A stretch of DNA of 53,637 nt from Clostridia bacterium (GTDB taxonomy: Bacteria > Bacillota > Clostridia > Christensenellales > QALW01), in contig JAZSMS010000007.1 of assembly GCA_045536015.1 (NCBI GenBank), positions 1-53,637 of the forward strand. Reading direction: 5' to 3'. The notes beneath the pieces were generated by a model that searched no databases, was not told the DNA's origin, and saw nothing but the letters and a program-made list of their open reading frames with translations. Both the position numbers and the translations under genes were made by a program. This document shows, piece after piece, positions 43,917 through 50,931 of the stretch (positions are counted from its first letter, which is position 1; the number at the start of each line of letters is the position of its first letter).

Positions 43917-46675
43917 TATTTAACTCCCCCCTTTGCAAAATCTTCTGCCTTAACTACTGTACCATCTTCGGCAATGTAGTCAGTTTCGCCATAGTTTACG
44001 TAAACTACAACGCCATTACTATAAGTAACCTTGTTAACGTTTTCACTAAGAATTTCGTGTGAAGCAATAAGTGCTGACGAAGTATCCTTAAGTAAATCGT
44101 TATATTTCTTATACATTTCAATAGCGTCATCAAGCCACGAAACGTAACTAAGCGAATACATACCTTCAAAAACAAGGTCCTTAACCTTATCGTTATTTTC
44201 ATAACACCAACGATAATATAAACCGGAACCTGCTTCAATAGCCTGAAGATATACAAGTGTAGGATCGCCATTTAAGTTAATAGGCTCACCCGAATACTCA
44301 ATACTTCCGTGAATTACCATCTGATAGAACGGTACCGAAGCGTCGGCAAGGTTAAAGTTACTGCTTGTATTGCTAATTTCAAAAATAGAATCTACGTAAG
44401 GAAGAATATATGAATTAACACCCTTGCCCATTACGTTAAGTTCTTCAGAATAAAGTTTTGCAACTTCAGCATATACCTTTGAAACTTCATCTCTATCCCA
44501 GAAGTCATTTACCTTATAGTTGCCCGAAAGATGCTGTGACATACTTCCAAGACTTACGCCCTTAATGCCATATTCAACAAGGTCTTCTAATACCTTATTT
44601 GCGTTTCCGCTTGCATTTTCAGCTTTTCTTACGTTATAAATAGCCGAAGGCGAAACAATTGTTGCAGTATTGCTCTTTCCGTATGCAGTAGAGCTTGCAA
44701 ACATATTGGCCGCAACAGCCTGCTCATAAGCTTTTTTACTGATTGGGTCGTACTGATAATGATAAGCAATATCTCTTGTTACCATTCTTGATGCATCGTT
44801 TAAGGAGCTATATCCATCAAAGGCTGTATCTTTATACACATACATAAGCTCGGTTTCGAAATAAAGATTTACACCAAGTTCATCAGCTAAAGCTTGTAAT
44901 GATGCCAAGCCCTTTTTGCCGCCAAGTTCTTTAAGAACTTTTACCTTGTTGTATACAGAGTTTCTAAGACCGTTATTTGCCCAAGCTTTGTAGTTAACAG
45001 AAATATTTTTAACTCCTGCTTCACTAAGCTTTTTAATAAGCTCACCACACTGCTCAAACGTAGTTATTGCCTTCATCTCGGTATAACCAACACCAAGGAA
45101 AGCAGTATCGTGGTTATATGCACCAACAAGTTCAATATTAAAGGGAATGTCAGTAAACTTCTTTTGTGTAAGTGCGCCTTTATCAATAAGATAATCTCTG
45201 TAATATTCTGCCATACCGCTATAATTAGCCTTTTCGTTAGCTAAAACGGTATATGAAATCGATATATCGGCAGAGTTCATCTCATTTTGATAAATAAGTG
45301 CTGCTTTTGAAGCATTTGAAAACTGAAGTTCATCATACTCATAAAGTCTGAACTGCGAGTAGCATCTGTTTCTGTCAATAATATTTTTATTTTTGCCAGC
45401 TATGTCAGCAATAATCGTTGCGTTAGCATTACCACTTTCAATTATAGCAAACAATGCTGAACTTGCCTTTTTAATACCAAATACAGGCAACGAAGCCGTT
45501 TGATTCTTAAAGGGCTGACGAAGTCTTGCAAGACCGTCATCAAGGCCGTAAAGCTGAAGCTTAACAGCACCGTTAATGTTTGTTTTACCATTATTGAAGT
45601 TAACAATAGCGCCCGAACCATCAGGAACAAACATGTAACCTTGCTCTTGTCTTGACGCCGAACCAAAATACTGAAGAAGCGTTATATCATTAATCGCAAA
45701 TTCAGATTTGTCAAAAGAAATTTCATCATTAGGAATTGTTGCAGTAAGACCGTTTTCAGTTAAAACGTAGTCAAGCGGGATCCAGAAAGTTTTTGCATCT
45801 TCTTTTACAACACCAAAAGTCTCGTCAATTTCATTACGCTCTTCTAAGGTCATACCTACTTCTACTAAAGCATTCTGAAGCTGTGTCATAACACGTCCGT
45901 TATTCCACTTTGTAGGTTCACCTATAAGATAAAGCGTTTGACCTCCTTCAATATATTCCTCTATTTCAGGAGCAATTTGTAAAAGCTCTTCACGTCTGTC
46001 TTCAGGATAAGAATTCCAAACGGCAGGCGAAAGTTTTGAATAAACGTTACCACCGCTTATGTATTTAGAAACGGCAAGATAACCTGCATCCTTAAGCTTT
46101 TGAATATAAGATTCTGCTACCTCACTTGTCATACAGGTAGGAATAATATAGTCAGGTTTAATTAAACCAAGAATGTAGATAACTCTTAAATGGCCTTCGT
46201 GTTCAACAATATGGAACTGTTTAACACCATTTTTAAGAGACTCTTCCGTCTGGTTTAAAATGCAGTCCATATACGTTTCAAGAGTTTTTCTACTACCCTC
46301 TGTCTTATTAAAATAATACAGTGAAATCTGACTGCTCATTTCGCTTTTAATACCGGCATCGCGTTCAGATTTAGAGGGGTTTGAATACCATACGTCACCG
46401 GTACTCTTTTCAACTAAAGCAAACTCAAGAATCTCTTCGTTGAAATAAAACTCGTAATTCTTGTTTTCTTCAACAAGCTTAAATGTAGTATTATTTTCTG
46501 CAATAACTTCTTCTCTGATATGCACCTTTTCTGAAGAGAATTTATATTCAGGATCAGTATTGGTTGGTGTGATATAACCCGTATCCTCTTGAGGGGCACA
46601 TCCTGTAAACGAAAGCACAGGAATTGCTAATACAAAAACGAGTAATAAGGAAATAATTATTTTTGACTTTTTCAC
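43916..46675 (-). CDS. 919-aa lipoprotein of unknown function
   Basis: Signal plus lipobox MKKSKIIISLLLVFVLAIPVLSFTGC. No motif I can assign. The TAATG junction overlaps the downstream permease start by 1 nt. Confidence 0.7.
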   Translation of the reverse strand: MKKSKIIISLLLVFVLAIPVLSFTGCAPQEDTGYITPTNTDPEYKFSSEKVHIREEVIAENNTTFKLVEENKNYEFYFNEEILEFALVEKSTGDVWYSNPSKSERDAGIKSEMSSQISLYYFNKTEGSRKTLETYMDCILNQTEESLKNGVKQFHIVEHEGHLRVIYILGLIKPDYIIPTCMTSEVAESYIQKLKDAGYLAVSKYISGGNVYSKLSPAVWNSYPEDRREELLQIAPEIEEYIEGGQTLYLIGEPTKWNNGRVMTQLQNALVEVGMTLEERNEIDETFGVVKEDAKTFWIPLDYVLTENGLTATIPNDEISFDKSEFAINDITLLQYFGSASRQEQGYMFVPDGSGAIVNFNNGKTNINGAVKLQLYGLDDGLARLRQPFKNQTASLPVFGIKKASSALFAIIESGNANATIIADIAGKNKNIIDRNRCYSQFRLYEYDELQFSNASKAALIYQNEMNSADISISYTVLANEKANYSGMAEYYRDYLIDKGALTQKKFTDIPFNIELVGAYNHDTAFLGVGYTEMKAITTFEQCGELIKKLSEAGVKNISVNYKAWANNGLRNSVYNKVKVLKELGGKKGLASLQALADELGVNLYFETELMYVYKDTAFDGYSSLNDASRMVTRDIAYHYQYDPISKKAYEQAVAANMFASSTAYGKSNTATIVSPSAIYNVRKAENASGNANKVLEDLVEYGIKGVSLGSMSQHLSGNYKVNDFWDRDEVSKVYAEVAKLYSEELNVMGKGVNSYILPYVDSIFEISNTSSNFNLADASVPFYQMVIHGSIEYSGEPINLNGDPTLVYLQAIEAGSGLYYRWCYENNDKVKDLVFEGMYSLSYVSWLDDAIEMYKKYNDLLKDTSSALIASHEILSENVNKVTYSNGVVVYVNYGETDYIAEDGTVVKAEDFAKGGVK

Positions 46676-46681
46676 TTCTGA

Positions 46682-47326
46682 TTACCTCCTTAACTCAAGT
46701 TCACGATATATTGTGTAGATAAAGTTCCAGATTTCTTGGACAAGATAAAAGAACAATACCCCTACGAATACTATAATTGCCATACCAAGTAAAATTACAA
46801 AAATTGAAATAATGGTCTTAACACCGGAATATTGGTGCGTTGTCATAGTACCCATAAATAATAAGATTGCCGTCCAACCAATACCTAAAACAGTAACAAG
46901 TGAAACTATTGTTGCTTCATTAGTTGTTAAAATATTTGTAAGTAAAAGAAGAAGGGTTTGCGAAATTACAACCGGCAACATCGAATAACCGGTGTAAATC
47001 AGAATATCTCTCATACTTCCTTCACCATCAAAAAGGGTTGTAAAGCCCCAGTTTGCCAAAACCCAAATAGTAACTATTAAAAATACCGAAGTAAAGGTAC
47101 CAATAATATCAATATCTTGTGGGAAAACAGCAAAAGTATTAAAAGTATATCCGTTAAACTGCTTATTAAGAATATCTGTTATTACGTAAAGCACAAAAAG
47201 CAAAACTGCGATATAGGCTCTGCCCCTTTTCTCGTGCTTTAAATCCCAGAAACCGTCTGCAGGATGCGAGGCAACGTGAAATACATATTTAAAATCAGCG
47301 CCAAATGTTTTAAGTTTTTCTATCAT
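46682..47326 (-). CDS. Yip1-like polytopic membrane protein
   Basis: 214 aa with five TM segments after a short cytoplasmic N-terminus (HPADGFWDLKHEKRG). Overlaps the upstream gene by 4 nt. Confidence 0.6.
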   Translation of the reverse strand: MIEKLKTFGADFKYVFHVASHPADGFWDLKHEKRGRAYIAVLLFVLYVITDILNKQFNGYTFNTFAVFPQDIDIIGTFTSVFLIVTIWVLANWGFTTLFDGEGSMRDILIYTGYSMLPVVISQTLLLLLTNILTTNEATIVSLVTVLGIGWTAILLFMGTMTTHQYSGVKTIISIFVILLGMAIIVFVGVLFFYLVQEIWNFIYTIYRELELRR

Positions 47327-49125
47327 TGCCTTTTTCCTCCTGTTTTAACAAAGTGTTTGAATTTCTTAACCCAAGTATAGATAAGAATTCCAGCAGCCAA
47401 GATGATAATAACCGTCATCAATACAGGCATAATCTGCTCAAGAACTTTATCACGATACTTATAGAAAGCTTTACCGTATTCAGATTGTGAATAGCCCTTT
47501 TTGAAGAATTCTGCCGCCTCTAAATACGTTTCTCTCTGACGGTCGCCATCAAGTTCTTCAGCAGCATCCATATAATAGATTTTTCCAACGCCTTTATATG
47601 CAATTGCCGAGTTTGATGACATACCTAAAACTTTGTTCCAGGCTTTTTCTGCATCTTCATATCTTCTTTCTTCGTGAGCATTAACTGCTTCGCGAAGAAT
47701 AAGACCGTATTCCGTAGGCTTATAAACCGTAAGGCATGCACCTGAAGCATCTAAAACAACTATTGTTTCATCATCCGCTAAGAGTTCTATTGCAATAGGT
47801 GCAATTGTTGTACCTTCGGTATAACCTACTTGTTCTTCACGATTAAACGTTCCTTTATTTTCTGATGAATCGTTCTTTCTCTCACCAAGTCCACCGAAAA
47901 CATACAATAATTCACCGGTATTAGTATAGGTAAATACTCTACCCTTTTGTGAGTCAAGAATGCTTGTAAGTTTATTTTTTGAAACAGTAGCATCAACAAT
48001 AAAAGAATACGAAGATCTGTTTAAACTATCGCCATAGTCGCCCGAAGGAGGAACAATACCCTGACGCATCATAACGTCACTACCTGCAGCATTAAGTTTT
48101 CTAAGTGCCGCACCTATTTCTGAAGACGAACTAAAGTGCGAACCAAGATCCTTAGCCTCTAAAAGAGAAATTGTTCCGTAAATAAAGCCTTCTTCGTCGA
48201 TAGTTACATTACTATATTCTGTTGAAAGATTTTGTTGAAGAGTTTTTCTTGTTTCAGCAGAAAACAATCTGCTAAGCAAAGAAGAAAGTGACTGTTTTGT
48301 TCTTGTAGCACCAAAGAACTTTGAGAACGAGCCATCACTTTTAAGTTCGATAAGTCCTAAATAGCAACTTTTTGAAACAATAAACATTCTCTTTGCATTA
48401 TCTACAACCATTTTAGTAGGTGCGTAGACAATGCTTGAGTTCGAACTCTGATCAGTGGTTGTAGAACTATTAGTTTCTTCTTCCTTTTCTCCCTGTTCAC
48501 CTTCCGGAGCTGTTGTAGCATCGGGTGTTGCCGTAGGCTCTGGTGTTGCCGTAGGTTCTGGAGAAGGCGTAATCACAGAACTACTCTCGCCTTTTTCCAT
48601 TTCTTCGGCAGCGCTTGTAAAGTAAGCCGAAAGACCGGGATCGTTATACGTAAGAGAGAAATTGAAAAGATTTGTTTCTGTATCAAGTTCAAAAACAACT
48701 ATTCTCTTGTTTGCAGTATCGCAAACGTAAAGAAGGTTTTCGGGATAAAACGCAGCAAGACCATTATTAGACTTAAATGAATCTTTTTTACCGTTATTAT
48801 CCCAAGTTGAAATAATCTGGTGTACTGTACGCATATCCTCTTTAAAAACAATTAAACGGTTGTTCCCTGTATCAGAAACAATAAAATATCCGTTATTTTT
48901 AAAGAGCATCATATCCTGAGGCGAGCTAAGTGCTTTGCCTTCAAGATTTTCAAGACCGATATCCATACTGTCAATAACGTCTTTGGGAACGTAAGCCTGA
49001 GGCTCTTGATACGTACCTGACTCAGTTATTGTGTAGTTCTCATAAGGAACTGCAAGTGCATTTACGCCAATAGCTAAGGTGAGCATCAGTGCAAGTGCAA
49101 AAGAAGTAATTTTTTTAATATTCAT
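47323..49125 (-). CDS. Secreted NHL-repeat beta-propeller / TPR-like protein with a C-terminal TM anchor
   Basis: Signal peptide. NHL-type blades (FIVSDTGNNRLIVF, LYVCDTANKRIVVF). Pro/Thr linker SPEPTATPEPTATPDATTAP. TPR-like RRYEDAEKAWNKVLGMSSNSAIAYKGVGKIY. C-terminal TM VLMTVIIILAAGILIYTW. Confidence 0.7.
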   Translation of the reverse strand: MNIKKITSFALALMLTLAIGVNALAVPYENYTITESGTYQEPQAYVPKDVIDSMDIGLENLEGKALSSPQDMMLFKNNGYFIVSDTGNNRLIVFKEDMRTVHQIISTWDNNGKKDSFKSNNGLAAFYPENLLYVCDTANKRIVVFELDTETNLFNFSLTYNDPGLSAYFTSAAEEMEKGESSSVITPSPEPTATPEPTATPDATTAPEGEQGEKEEETNSSTTTDQSSNSSIVYAPTKMVVDNAKRMFIVSKSCYLGLIELKSDGSFSKFFGATRTKQSLSSLLSRLFSAETRKTLQQNLSTEYSNVTIDEEGFIYGTISLLEAKDLGSHFSSSSEIGAALRKLNAAGSDVMMRQGIVPPSGDYGDSLNRSSYSFIVDATVSKNKLTSILDSQKGRVFTYTNTGELLYVFGGLGERKNDSSENKGTFNREEQVGYTEGTTIAPIAIELLADDETIVVLDASGACLTVYKPTEYGLILREAVNAHEERRYEDAEKAWNKVLGMSSNSAIAYKGVGKIYYMDAAEELDGDRQRETYLEAAEFFKKGYSQSEYGKAFYKYRDKVLEQIMPVLMTVIIILAAGILIYTWVKKFKHFVKTGGKRQ

Positions 49126-49138
49126 ATACTCACCCTCC

Positions 49139-49984
49139 TTAATCCTTCATACCCGAAGTAGCCATTGTTTCAATTATGTTACTTTGCGAAATGATAAACA
49201 TTGTTATGGGAACAACCATCATTATAACAGTAACTGCGTTAGCAACACCCTGACGTGCAATACCAGTTGAAACAATCTGGTTAAGTGCATACGGAAGTGT
49301 CTTTAACGATTCACTTTGAATAAATACCGAAGCACCAAGGTTCCAAAGTGATTGAACAGAGAAAATCATAAGTGTAAGCCACGCTGATTTAACCTGAGGA
49401 AGAACTATTGACCAGAAAATCTTAAAGCTTCCTGCACCGTCAATACGTGCTGCTTCGATAAGTGACTTGGGTATCTGTGACATGAACTGACGCATAAGAT
49501 ACATACCAAGCGACGAACCAAACGTAGGAACAATAATTGCCCAATAGGTATCAATCATACCTAATTTTGCTTTGATCATGAAAAGCGGAAGCCATAAAAC
49601 CGTACCGTTAAACATAAGTGAAGTAACGATAGCGCTTGTTATAAACTTTCTTCCGGGGAATTCATAAAGCGAAAGCGGATATGCGCACATTGAGCAGAAA
49701 ACAATCTGTCCAAACGTACCTACAAAGGTAATAAGAATTGTATTAAAGAAATAACGTGTAAACGGTACCCACGAGTTACTCATCAATACAAATAAGTCGG
49801 TATAGTTTGTTAATACTGCTCTATTAGGAAACAGTGTAGGCGGGAATTTAAAAAGTTCGTCCATTGGTTTAAACGAGTTACCTACTGCAAAAACAAGCGG
49901 AACAACCATCAATAAACCAACGATTATTAAGAAGAAAACACCTGCAAAGTTTCCTACTCCCGAACGGTTGAGTTTCTTTGCCAT
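49139..49984 (-). CDS. Carbohydrate ABC transporter permease (MalG-like)
   Basis: EAA loop IEAARIDGAGSFKIFWSIVLP. Confidence 0.88.
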   Translation of the reverse strand: MAKKLNRSGVGNFAGVFFLIIVGLLMVVPLVFAVGNSFKPMDELFKFPPTLFPNRAVLTNYTDLFVLMSNSWVPFTRYFFNTILITFVGTFGQIVFCSMCAYPLSLYEFPGRKFITSAIVTSLMFNGTVLWLPLFMIKAKLGMIDTYWAIIVPTFGSSLGMYLMRQFMSQIPKSLIEAARIDGAGSFKIFWSIVLPQVKSAWLTLMIFSVQSLWNLGASVFIQSESLKTLPYALNQIVSTGIARQGVANAVTVIMMVVPITMFIISQSNIIETMATSGMKD

Positions 49985-49986
49985 AA

Positions 49987-50931
49987 TTATTCACCCACCT
50001 TCGAAAGTACTCTTGTAATTAACTTGTTACTTATAATCATCATTAAGAACAGAAGCACTGCTATAGCACAAGCATAGCCTAATTCCATTCGGTTGTTTGC
50101 ATAGTCTTCCATATGATGTATAAGCGTATGTGCAACGTAGTCTTGCGAGGGGAAACCAACAAGTGCTGTTACCTGTGCACCAACTGAGAAACCACTGGTT
50201 ATTGACATAACTGCACCAAACATAAGCTGAGGCTTCATATAAGGAAGCGTTATGTAATAAAGCTCTTGCCAACGGTTTTTAACACCGTCGATAGCACCTG
50301 CCTCGTAAAGCGTACGGTCAACGTTTTGCAAACCTGCAATAAACGTTAAAAAGCTTGTTCCAAGCGATGACCACAATATAACTATTAAGCAACACGGCAC
50401 AATATATGTGGTATCTTCAAGCCATTTAATGTTAGTAAGAGTAAGACCTGTGTTCATTAAAAAGCCGTTAAGCAAACCATATTGGTCAGAAGAGAAAATT
50501 ATCTTCCAAACAACATAGATTGATGCAAGAGAAGGCGCATAATAGAAAAGCGTCATAACTGCACGGAATCTTCTGCTAAGTTCACTGATCAGCCAAGCAA
50601 AGAAGAACGACATAATGTATCCACCGGGACCTATTATAACGGCAAAGAACAATGTGTTCTTAAATGCCGTCATAAATAAATCGTCAGCAGTAAAAAGTCT
50701 TACATAGTTTTCCCATCCAATAAATTTCGGAGGCTCTAATACGTTAAAGTACGTAAAGCTGAAATAAATTGCTACGAAAACAGGTAAAATTACAAATACT
50801 AAAAATACTATCAGGTAAGGAAGCATAAACAGATACAACGAGCCGTTTTTACGCATTTCTTTAAACTGATATCTAAGCCATTCCGAAAAGAAGCTTTTCT
50901 TCTTTTTGGGTGTTGATTGCTCATTAACCAT
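49987..50931 (-). CDS. Carbohydrate ABC transporter permease (MalF-like)
   Basis: EAA loop YEAGAIDGVKNRWQELYYITLP. Confidence 0.88.
   Translation of the reverse strand: MVNEQSTPKKKKSFFSEWLRYQFKEMRKNGSLYLFMLPYLIVFLVFVILPVFVAIYFSFTYFNVLEPPKFIGWENYVRLFTADDLFMTAFKNTLFFAVIIGPGGYIMSFFFAWLISELSRRFRAVMTLFYYAPSLASIYVVWKIIFSSDQYGLLNGFLMNTGLTLTNIKWLEDTTYIVPCCLIVILWSSLGTSFLTFIAGLQNVDRTLYEAGAIDGVKNRWQELYYITLPYMKPQLMFGAVMSITSGFSVGAQVTALVGFPSQDYVAHTLIHHMEDYANNRMELGYACAIAVLLFLMMIISNKLITRVLSKVGE

Noticed and set aside
41979-50931. ABC genes next to the peptide locus as the RiPP exporter or immunity system
   Set aside because: All four membrane proteins are MalF/MalG-type importer permeases with EAA loops. 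They are paired with a solute-binding protein, transcribed convergently to the peptide locus, and separated from it by a bidirectional terminator. No exporter-type fused TMD-NBD is present.
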